NCBI GenBank assembly: GCA_947588655.1
Contig: CANPYS010000003.1
Coordinates: 11,904-75,903, forward strand
DNA: 64,000 bases
Direction: 5' to 3'
DNA from: an uncultured Alphaproteobacteria bacterium
GTDB taxonomy: Bacteria > Pseudomonadota > Alphaproteobacteria > RF32 > CAG-239
Each line of letters starts with the position of its first letter. Position 1 is the first letter of the stretch. The translations under genes were made by a program, and so were the position numbers. A model generated the notes under the pieces. It ran no database searches. It was not told where the DNA came from and was given only the letters and a program-made list of their open reading frames with translations. Positions 29,086 to 39,600 of this stretch are shown one piece after another.

Positions 29086-31367
29086 TGGTGCAGAAAAGAG
29101 TTTTGCGCGCATTTAATGCAGGCGAAGTAAGCCCTGATTTATATGGGCGCGATGATGTGACAAAGGTTAATAGCGGTTGTAAGGTTTGTGATAATATGTT
29201 GCTTACCATACAGGGAGCGGCTTATTTTAGGGGTGGCATGAATTATTCCGGACAAACAAAAGATAACTCTAAAGCCTTGCTTTTGCGCTTTGCTTATAAT
29301 GACAATGATGTTTATGTGTTGGAGTTTGGTAATCGTTATGTGCGCTTTTATCGCGATGGGGTATTGATGAAAGACGCCGATCAAACGCCTCTTGAGCTTG
29401 AAACGCCTTACTTATTGGCTGATTTATTTGACGCGGACGGAACACCAGCATTAAAAAGCGCACAGTCCGCTGATGTGGTGTATTTATTCCAAACACAAAA
29501 GAAATATCCGGTGCAATGCCTTGAACGTTTAAGCGATGGTCGGTTTAGTATATCCGAGGTTGATTATGCAGAAGACGGCGGTTTTGAGGACTTGAATTTG
29601 GAGCGTGATGATAGGGTTTATGCTTCGGCACAAACTGGTAGTGAAGTTATTATTACCGCAACAAAATCTATCTTTAAGCCTGGGCATATTGGAGGGCTTT
29701 TTTACATAGAACCTATTAATTTTAATGAAATCTATAATTGGGCGGAAGACAAAGATGTTAAAGCAGGTCAACGAATTGTTGCGAATTATAAAACATATCG
29801 TGCCGAGGCTGGCGGAACGACTGGATATACAACCCCTAAACATACAGAGGGAACAGCTACAGACGGCAAAATCAATTGGATATATGAAGATTGTGGTTAT
29901 GGAATTGGCAAAATAAAATCTGTTGCGGAGGATGGCAAGAGTGCAGTTGTTGATGTTTTGCTCCCTATACCGTTTGCGGCTGTTGGCGAGGCTAGAAAAA
30001 CGTGGAAGTGGAAATTTGGAAGTTGGTGTGAGGAATACGGTTACCCAACTTGTGGCTGTTTTCATCGTGAGCGGCTTTGCATGGCGCGGGGTAATCGTGT
30101 TTGGTTTAGTTGGAGTGATGACTTTGAAAATTTTGCCGAAAAAGATTTTGGCGCGATAACCTATGAAACCGGCTTTAGTTTTAATGTTTCAAGCGGTGTA
30201 ACGGTTGGATCTACAAAATGGCTAGAAAGCGCAAAAGATTTGATTTGCGGCACTGATGTCAATGTTGCGGCTATTGGCGAAAGCAATACAAGCGATTTAT
30301 TCTATGTTAGCAACTGCCGTAGCTTTGAACAAACACACGATGGTTGCCGCACGATTCAGCCGGTAAGAATTGGGCAGAAGTTTGTGTTTATTGATATTAC
30401 CGGCAAAAATGCAAATGTTCTTACATACAACGCGAACAATTATCAGTACGATAGCGACACAATACAAACATACGCCAAACATATCTGCGTTGAGGGTATT
30501 GTGGATATGGTACACATAAAAGAGCCGTTTGATGTCATTTATTGCCTGAAAACCAACGGCACACTTTCTTGTTGCCTTTATGATCCGGCACAAGAGGGCT
30601 TAGCTTGGTATCGGATAAAAACAGATGGCGAGATTGTAAGTATTGCCGCCGATAGCGCGAACCTCGCTTTGTGTATTAAGCGCAAAAGAATTATTGACGG
30701 GCAAGAAGTTGATAATTATGGCGTTGAATTTTTGCAAAATCCATTTCAAGGCTTTTTCTCTAAGACAATCGCAGATTTTAATACGTCTAAAGAATACAAG
30801 CAATATTGTATTGATAGCCTCCTGGAGGCACAAAAAGAGGCGTGCTATTTGGACGCAAGCAACGTTTATACTAGCAATAATGAATTTGATGTTATCAATC
30901 AAGGACTGGATCATTTGGCTGGGCGCACGGTTAGTATTGTTTCCGAGGGCGGTATTGAACCGGAACAAACTGTAAAACTGGTCAATGGTGCGTGGACTGT
31001 AACATTGCAACATAAAAGCAAAATAGCGATTGTTGGGTTGCCATATAAAGGGGTAATTATACCAACCTCAATGGAGGGGGATGGGGAATCAAGCGCCCGT
31101 GCGCGTAAAAAGCGCATAAACCAAATAGGCTTTAGAGTTTATAATTCCATGGGCGGCATGAGTGGCGACACGATGGATAGTTTAAAAGATGTTTTAAGCC
31201 GCTCGGGTGGCGATGTCTTGGGTAATCCTATACCGCTTTATAGCGGCGATATTGAGCTTTCGCCATTTAATGGCGATTATGAGGAGGCGGAGCAACTTAT
31301 ATTTGTTCAACCCTATCCATTTCCTTTTACATTGCAGGCAATCGTATTTGAATTTGAAATTTATTAA
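29085..31367 (+). CDS. putative tail tubular/nozzle protein (gp12-like)
   Basis: 760 aa. Size and position are the only evidence. Confidence 0.35.
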   Translation: MVQKRVLRAFNAGEVSPDLYGRDDVTKVNSGCKVCDNMLLTIQGAAYFRGGMNYSGQTKDNSKALLLRFAYNDNDVYVLEFGNRYVRFYRDGVLMKDADQTPLELETPYLLADLFDADGTPALKSAQSADVVYLFQTQKKYPVQCLERLSDGRFSISEVDYAEDGGFEDLNLERDDRVYASAQTGSEVIITATKSIFKPGHIGGLFYIEPINFNEIYNWAEDKDVKAGQRIVANYKTYRAEAGGTTGYTTPKHTEGTATDGKINWIYEDCGYGIGKIKSVAEDGKSAVVDVLLPIPFAAVGEARKTWKWKFGSWCEEYGYPTCGCFHRERLCMARGNRVWFSWSDDFENFAEKDFGAITYETGFSFNVSSGVTVGSTKWLESAKDLICGTDVNVAAIGESNTSDLFYVSNCRSFEQTHDGCRTIQPVRIGQKFVFIDITGKNANVLTYNANNYQYDSDTIQTYAKHICVEGIVDMVHIKEPFDVIYCLKTNGTLSCCLYDPAQEGLAWYRIKTDGEIVSIAADSANLALCIKRKRIIDGQEVDNYGVEFLQNPFQGFFSKTIADFNTSKEYKQYCIDSLLEAQKEACYLDASNVYTSNNEFDVINQGLDHLAGRTVSIVSEGGIEPEQTVKLVNGAWTVTLQHKSKIAIVGLPYKGVIIPTSMEGDGESSARARKKRINQIGFRVYNSMGGMSGDTMDSLKDVLSRSGGDVLGNPIPLYSGDIELSPFNGDYEEAEQLIFVQPYPFPFTLQAIVFEFEIY

Positions 31368-31379
31368 AGGAGGTTTGAC

Positions 31380-31883
31380 ATGAGTGGAGCGGCTTTTGCG
31401 GCGGCGGCAAGTTTTGGTTTGAATTTTGCAAACAGTCTAATTCAAACAAACTCACAGATAAAACAATTAAAACAGCAAGCCGCCTTAAAAAATTTAGAGG
31501 GCGACATTTATGAGTATAATGCGGCGGCGCGAGCTAATGCTGACGCTTATAATGAAGATACAGACAGGCGTGCGCGTGATTTGGAGTTATCACGGCTACG
31601 CGCAACAACAGCTCAAAGCGGCGTTAGCGGTGGCACGCTGATTGATGTGCAAATGCGCTCTGAACAAGAGGCGGAACTTGATAATATGATGGAGCGCTAT
31701 AATAATCACACTGCTTATGTGGCTACGATGTACGAAGCGCAAAAATCACGCACGGAGGCTCAACAGCTTTTAGCTAATGCAAAAAGTCTTAAAAAGAACC
31801 GTTGGCTTAATGCTTTTATAAGCGGCGCAAACGGCTCTATGGGAACTGCCGCTGCTGGCGGTTTGTTTAACGCTAAGGAGTAA
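31380..31883 (+). CDS. putative internal virion/ejection protein
   Basis: 167 aa, Ala-rich and coiled-coil. Confidence 0.35.
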   Translation: MSGAAFAAAASFGLNFANSLIQTNSQIKQLKQQAALKNLEGDIYEYNAAARANADAYNEDTDRRARDLELSRLRATTAQSGVSGGTLIDVQMRSEQEAELDNMMERYNNHTAYVATMYEAQKSRTEAQQLLANAKSLKKNRWLNAFISGANGSMGTAAAGGLFNAKE

Positions 31884-31889
31884 TAAAAG

Positions 31890-33632
31890 ATGGCTATGGC
31901 TTTAGAAAATACATACACAAGGCAAGTAAGGGCAAACCCTACCGCTTTAAATCCAACTCAACACAATGTGCCAAAATATGATGCAACTGCTGAATTAGCT
32001 AATAATCTTACAGAATTTGGCACGGCTGTTGCCAATGTATATGCAAAAGCTGATTATGAGGCGGCTAAGCGCGATATGAAAGAGGACTATACAAACCGCG
32101 CTTTAGAGCAAAAAAACGCCCTTAACGAGGCAAACTCTATTGCTGAACCACGCATGCGTGAGGCTTATTTTGAAAAGGCAATGGATAAAATCAATAAAAA
32201 ATATGGGCAAAATATTGATAGCCGTTTTTCACAAGAATATCAATCAATGACGAGTTTAGACGACAAAGAGGCTCTGCTTAATTTACGTTTTAAGCAGACG
32301 CAAGATTTACAGCGCGAAAACAGACTGCGTGCTACGCGTGAACGCGATAAGGCGGCTGAACAGGCGGCAAGCGCCAATCCTGCTTATGCGGCTGAAATTG
32401 ATAACCGCGTGCGTTCTGATCTTGATGGTATGCTGAAAGACGGTTCACTTAGCCAATATGAGGTTGATATTGCTTGGGAAGATTACACGAAAAAGAAAAC
32501 AACGGCAACCATTAATAATTTTCTTGACAGCTCATCTGAAGATTTGAGCGATGATCAGGTTAATACGGCACTTGATGTTATCACAGCAAGCGTAAGCGAT
32601 GAAAACACGCGCAAACAGCTCAAAGATTTTGCGAAAGCTAAAATACAAGGGCTAAAACGGCAAAAAGAATATTTAGATACCTTTAATCAACTTCATAGCG
32701 AGTATGATCTATTAAATCAAAGCGCAACAAATAATCTAAGTATTTCAGAAATTAACCGCCGTATGCCGCAAGGTGCAAGTAAGGAGTATAAAAGCCTTAT
32801 TGAATCATTAAATGGTTATGGCAAGCTTATCCAACCGGACGAAAGCGAAAAGGTTATGATAAAAGAAAGCCTTTATGATGAAATAGCGCAAGTGACAAGT
32901 AATGCCGAGGCAACGCCGCAAGACTACGCAAAACTTCAAAATAAGATATATGGGGCATTATCCGTTAAGGCTATAAGCGTTGCAGAGGGCAAGAAAGTTT
33001 TAGATCAGATAATTATGCCATTAAATGATAGTTGGGGGCGACAAATTGACAAACTTTCAACCGACAATCTTGGCTTATTTACTGGCGATTTAGGAATGAG
33101 TGAAGTGAAAGCTTATTTGGAAAACAACGGTTGGCTGAAAAACACCAAGCAAATTGCTAAAAAAAGCCAAAAAGGCAAAAGCTTGTCAAAGGAATTAAAG
33201 GCAGATGCAACGAATAACGCGCGATTAAGCATTAAAGCTTATCAGTTATATAATAATAACCTTTTAAAAGCGGCACAAGCCAACGGTTTTAATAGTATTG
33301 CTGATGTTATTGCGCTTGATGACAATTCACAAAAGCGCGCTTTATTTAAAAATGCGCAAGATACCACAATAAGACAACTGGCAAATGATAGATTTAGCTT
33401 TTTATCAGGCTTGCCCGAAGATCAACAACCTAACAAGGTACTTGATGGCGGCGTACTTGTTGGAAATACAAACAATATCAACAATGCACGACTCGGCACG
33501 CCTGTTACTGATACGCGTTATAAAGGCACTGCGTATGACGCGGAAAGCGGCAAATATGGTTTAGTGCGTGCTGATGGTACGATTGAAGAAGTGAGTTATG
33601 AAAGATATAAACAATTTGGAGGGCAAAAATAA
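31890..33632 (+). CDS. putative internal virion/ejection protein
   Basis: 580-aa helical protein immediately upstream of the giant protein. Confidence 0.4.
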   Translation: MAMALENTYTRQVRANPTALNPTQHNVPKYDATAELANNLTEFGTAVANVYAKADYEAAKRDMKEDYTNRALEQKNALNEANSIAEPRMREAYFEKAMDKINKKYGQNIDSRFSQEYQSMTSLDDKEALLNLRFKQTQDLQRENRLRATRERDKAAEQAASANPAYAAEIDNRVRSDLDGMLKDGSLSQYEVDIAWEDYTKKKTTATINNFLDSSSEDLSDDQVNTALDVITASVSDENTRKQLKDFAKAKIQGLKRQKEYLDTFNQLHSEYDLLNQSATNNLSISEINRRMPQGASKEYKSLIESLNGYGKLIQPDESEKVMIKESLYDEIAQVTSNAEATPQDYAKLQNKIYGALSVKAISVAEGKKVLDQIIMPLNDSWGRQIDKLSTDNLGLFTGDLGMSEVKAYLENNGWLKNTKQIAKKSQKGKSLSKELKADATNNARLSIKAYQLYNNNLLKAAQANGFNSIADVIALDDNSQKRALFKNAQDTTIRQLANDRFSFLSGLPEDQQPNKVLDGGVLVGNTNNINNARLGTPVTDTRYKGTAYDAESGKYGLVRADGTIEEVSYERYKQFGGQK

Positions 33633-36600
33633 TGGCTTGGGAAATTGAAAATACGGTTGCAACGGATAACGAAGAAAACAAAAATATCCAACCGCAATGG
33701 GAAATTGAAGACGTGCAACCTATAACGCAATCCGTTATGGATGCCGAAACTAAGCAAATGTATAATGTGCCTCTCGGAATGGACGGAACAGACGCTAAAT
33801 TTGCGATTGATACGCAACACGGTGGCAAGGATAAAGGCTCGTTTTTGGGCAAGGTTTGGACTGGAATTGATACTCTTGGATCGCATATTGAAAGAGGATT
33901 CCAAGACTTTGACCGCGCCGTTGTTGAGCATGCGGGGCAATTAGTGGATTCGCTTGTTTTAGATAAAGGCTTAAGATACCAAAAGCGTCTAAAGTTGGTT
34001 GAAGATTGGGAAAATGGCGATTGGAGCTATTTTGGCAATCGCGAGCTTACCGATGAAGAAAAACAAGGTGTTATTAGCCGCCAAAAGGAACAAATTGCCT
34101 ATATTCAAAACTTGCGCGAGCGGACACAAAAGTTTTTCAATAAAGGCGCTCAAATTATGCGCCCTGATGAAAAGATGAATAATGTTGATAAATTTCTTGT
34201 TGCGGCAAGTAGTGGCGTTATTAGCCTTGGTGAAGCGGCGGCTGTGTTTATGGCAACGAAAAACCCCGTACTAGCGGCTGCGACAATAGGAACATCATTC
34301 GCCTCTTTAAAAGATACTGAATATTTTGATAAAGCTATTGCCGCCGGCGAAAGCGCAAATGACGCGAGTACTGACGCGACCGTTGCCGGTGCAATAGAGG
34401 GCGGGCTTGAATTTGTTGGCGATAGGCTTTTGTTTGGCATTGCTAAGTTTAAACCTATTCAAGAGCTAGGAAACAAGGTTATTCAATCGTCTATTACCAA
34501 AACATTACAAAGCAAAATCGGGCGTTCGGCTCTCGGAAAGATTGCCTCAAGACACCCTCAAAGCATATTTGGCGCGGCTGTTAAGGGCGGCTTTACAGAG
34601 GGCGGCGAGGAATTTATGCAAGAGGGCGCTGGTATGCTTTGGGAAAATTATACTGGTGTTTCTAGTTATGGCATGGATGAAATTTTAAGCCAAAGTTTAT
34701 TTGCCTTTGCGGCAGGCTCTATTCCGGGCGCTGGTATGGGCGGTATAGGAACAAGTATATATAATCAGAAGATTACAAAAGATAACAATTCTATTAAGAA
34801 TATCTTGAAAGAAAACACACCTGAATTAACCGATGAAGAATTGCAAGTTGTTGCAGATAATGTGCAAGAGGCTTTGTTGCAACAAGGTGCGGCGTATGAT
34901 GATCAAATTACAAATTTATTGCGCAAGGAATCGGAAATTGATGTTATGCCGGACGGTTTAACCGCTGAAAGCCTTACTGCCGACACGCGTAATATGCTCA
35001 AAGAAAAATATGGCATGAGCGATGAGGATATTAACAAAACCATTGACATTGCCGCCAATTATATTGACGCGCGCAATGGCTTTAACGAAACGTATAACGA
35101 ATATTTTGATAAAATGGACACCGCTGGTTATGATCGGAGCGTGGCGGATAATGCCGCACGCGTTTTGGCGGCTCGCGCTGTTGCTATTGCAAGGGCGGAG
35201 GGTGTTAGCACAGAAGAAGTGCGCAAGCGTTGGAATTTGAACCTGACACGGCAAACCTACGAGGATTTTAAAAACGGCGTGCCGGTTGCGGATAATTATG
35301 CACAACGCCAACAGCAAATAAACGATATTATGGGCGTTGTGCCTGATAATTGGACGGATGAACAGAAAAAGGCGTTGCGTAAAGGTATTGCCGCCCGCGC
35401 ACGCTACGGCGATCTTGACGCGGCTAATTTTAACGCCGAAACGGCTAAACAATGGTTTGAAAGCAAGGGAGCTGACGAATCCATTAAAGACATCAATAAA
35501 CGCGTTCAAACCATTATGGGCGTTTTGAATTTTAAGGAAGAATTGGAAACAGTTAAAAAATCAAAGCGCATCAATCCGCAAGATATTAATCCGTTTGAGG
35601 CGTTGGTTAATGATAAACTATACAATAAGATTGCCAAAATTGATAAGGAAAACAGGGGCGACAGCCTGATTACGTTTATTGTTAAGCGCGGTGGCTTAAA
35701 AGACGTTGGTGGCGAGTTGAAAGCAAAGGACGCTCAAAAGCAACGTGTTGGGCTTATCAACAACAAAAGCGGGAACGATTTTGACGATATGGCTTTGATT
35801 GCTTGGGAACACGGGTATTTTCCGGCGAAGACAGAAAGACCAACCATACAAGATTTGCTTGATGCGATTGATGATGAGCTTTTTGGGAAAAAGCGCTACC
35901 AATATCAAGATGGCATCAGTCAATCAATGACCGAATATGTTGACAGCCTTGCTGAACAAATGGATATGCTCGGTGTGGATTATGCCGGTATGAGCGCCGA
36001 GGAGGCAGAGGCGGCTTATTATAAAGCGGCAGAAGAATATAAGAAAAACGCGCGGCAATATGAATCTGATTATGGCGATAATGGCGTAAATTTTGATGAT
36101 GATCTTCCGCTGTTTCAAGAATCGGCAGAACTTGCTGATAAAATAAGCAAAATTGACGCTGAACGGCTTGCTTTTGAGCGAAAGGATATTAACCCCGAAC
36201 TCAAAGGTAGGGAAAACGAAAAAGTTAAAGCGGTTAAAATTAACCGCTTTTTTTCTGATCGTGCGGAAAGCAAAGATATAAGCCTTGATGATATTATCGC
36301 GGCGATTGATACTAAAGTTAATAAAAATGCTAAAGGTACCCGCATTTTAAAAAATAGTCATACTGGCGAAGTTGTTACCTTGTCAGGGCGGGCGATTGGT
36401 AAAATGTTTAATACAACAAGAGATAGACTTGATAATCAAAATATTGGTGGCGTTCTCGGTAAGGAATGTATTGCTAATATTGCTGATATTTTTGACAGTG
36501 CCATGCTTATTAAAACCACAAATGACGAAAGACACGATACAAACAATAAAATTCTGCGTTACGCAAATGCTGTTGAATCCGATTGCGAAAATTTTATTGT

Positions 36601-39600
36601 TAAAATAACCGTAAAAGAAATGGCTAATAACCGCAAAGAGCTTACGGATATTGAAATTGAAAACAACAATGGCAGAGATTTAGCCGCCTATGATTTGAAA
36701 GTTGGCAGAAAAAATACCGTTGAGGGTAATTCCTCTACAGATAAATCCGTAGCCAGCCTCAACGGTAATGCTATTATTATAAACGATTTAATAGAGTTTG
36801 TCAATACCTATACGACAAAAACTATAAACATTAATGGAAAAGAACGCATGACAACCAATAGCGAAGGCAACCGCATTGCTAAAACCGAAGAGGGCTTGCG
36901 CGCTTTTTATGAATGGTTTGGGGATAGCAAGGTGGTTGATGATCAGGGTAGACCGTCGGTTGTTTATCACGGAACAAGAGCAAAGTTTTCAACTTTTGAC
37001 AAGGGAAAGAAGGGCGAAGCATCATCAGTATCAAGGGTTGGTTTTTGGTTTTCCCCATCAGAGGAGTTTGGAAGAAATTTTGCGGAAGATGCGTGGTATG
37101 GCGAAGAAGATGTTATTGTTATGCCGGTTTATCTTAATCTGAAAAATCCAAAAATTTATAAACCAGGACAAGCAACAGAAACAGAGCAAAAAAAGGCTAG
37201 GAAAGCATTTGACAAGGCACAAAATAAATTAGAAGAAGCAGTTAAAGAAGAAAAAAGAATATTAGAAAAAGAGGGACTTTATGCATCGTGGAAATACAAA
37301 GATAAGGTTAATATTGATAAAATAAGAGAAGATTTCGAATATGCACTATCAGAGCTACACGCAACGCAAAAAAAAGATTCGTACGAAAAATTTAAAATGG
37401 ATATATATCGTGTAGGCGGACAAAAACCAACTGATGCAACAGTCGGTGGGCTTGGTATGGCTCTTGACGATTATAATGCACCTGAAAAATATGCAGATAT
37501 GCTAAAAGAGCAAGGATATGACGGAATTATTATTGAAGATACAGAATATGACGCTGGAAATATAACAAACGCTGAAACTAACACTCAATATGTAATTTTT
37601 GAAAGCAATCAGGCAAAATCCACAGAAAACATAGGAACATATAGCAGGACAAATAATAATATCTATTATCAGTCAGCATTTGCGGCTTCACGCGTTGACT
37701 ATGAAGCACCGAGCCTTGAAGCAATAGGTACAGGAACAGACGCACAGACGCACGGTTATGGACTTTATTACGCTCTTAATAGAAACATTGCAGAAAATTA
37801 TAGAGAGGGCTTTATTCAAGATGAGTATAATGAAGAAGTCCGAGAAAAAATAAAAGAATTAGGAAAAGAAGAAGCTATAAAATACTTTAAACAAAAAGCA
37901 GAAGAAGCAAAAATAAATAAATCTTTGTATAAAGGGGATATTCAATATCAAATAAAAGAACAGGAAGAAAAAAAATATAATATTATGTCCGATATGGCAA
38001 AAACAGGTGCAGAGGGGCAAATTCACGAGGTTGACATACCCGAAAATCCGTACTTGCTTGACGAACAGCTACCATTTGAAGAACAATCTGATTATGTAAA
38101 AGAAAGGCTTGAAAGAATAAATAAAGAAAGTGAAGCAAAAGGCTTTTTAGATACTTTGCGCTCTTATGACAGAACAATAGACGGCTATGATATTTATTAT
38201 AAAATATCACAATACGTTAATGGCGATAAAGAAGCTTCCGCTTTGCTTGAAAGGTACGGTATTAAAGGAATAACATATTTTGGAAAAAAGGACGGCAAGT
38301 GCTTTGTTATCTTCAATCCGGCAGACATTAGAGTTATCCAAAAATTTTATCAAGAAACTCTTGGAAATAATACACCTCCGCGCGGTGCGTTTGTTGAGCG
38401 CGGTGATGAAAACATTATTTATGCTTTTGAGGGGGCTGACGCTTCAACAGTTATTCATGAACTTGGACACTTCTTTTTGCGCGATATGCAAAAATTTTCC
38501 GATAATGAAAAGACGGCTGAACAGTTAGCTGAAGTTTATAAATATCTTGGGGCTGAAAACGGCGAGCTGACACGCGAACAAGAAGAAAAATTTGCTGATA
38601 CCTTTGAAGTCTATTTGCTTGATGGACGCGCGCCTAATCAGGTATTAAGAGGCGTGTTTGCTCGTTTCAAAAAATGGATCAGTAGCCTATGGTATGAGGT
38701 TAAGCGTCTTAAAGGTATTAACCTCACAAATGAAGTGCGCACAACCTTTGATGATATGCTTGGCGGTAAAGGGCTTGATTTTGCTATGCGAGCAAGCACG
38801 CTTAAAATGGGGCAAATGCTTGAACGCGGCAATATATCGCAATGGCAAATAAACCGCGCTATGCAAATGCTTTATGATGGCAAAATGAGTAAGGCAGACT
38901 TGCAAAACCTTATTCAAAAGCTCCGCAACGGTATGAAAAATAAAGAGTTTGTTGAGGCGCTTAAAGAATTTGAAAATAAACCTGCAAAAGGCAACAAAGA
39001 ATTGCTTACCGAATGGGATTACACTGTTTTGCGTAACCAGTTAGACGGGTTGAACTTTAATCGTGACAATGTCAAGACGCGTATTGAAAAATTGCTTAAA
39101 TGGAGCGAGCCGCGTACTAGTGGCGGCAAGCTCGTTGGGCGTTTTCCGAACAAACAGCTTAATGATGCTTTTGCTCGCTATCGTGAATTGGTAACAATGA
39201 ATAAAGACGAGGCAAGGCAAAAACTGCAAGAGAACGTTGAACTCATTGAAGATCAAATGAGGTCTGGTGGCGATGTTGATATTGAACAGCTGATTTTTGA
39301 AAATCGCTTGCTTTCTTATAACCTCAACAAGATTAGCAATAGTGAATTGCTAAAATTATATGACGGCTTAGCTGAAAGCTATAATATAGGGCGTTTGACT
39401 GATAAAATTACTGGCGATGCCAAGCGTGAGCGCAAAAAACAAATGATTGAGCGAGCAAAGGCAGTCTTAACCAACTACGGCGCAATCAATCCGAACGTTG
39501 AAAGATCTGAAATCAAGAAAAGGTTAGCGCGCTTTGGTTTAAGTCAACAAAGTTGGGGTGGCTTGCTTGACACACTTTCAATGAATGACACACGTTCGCA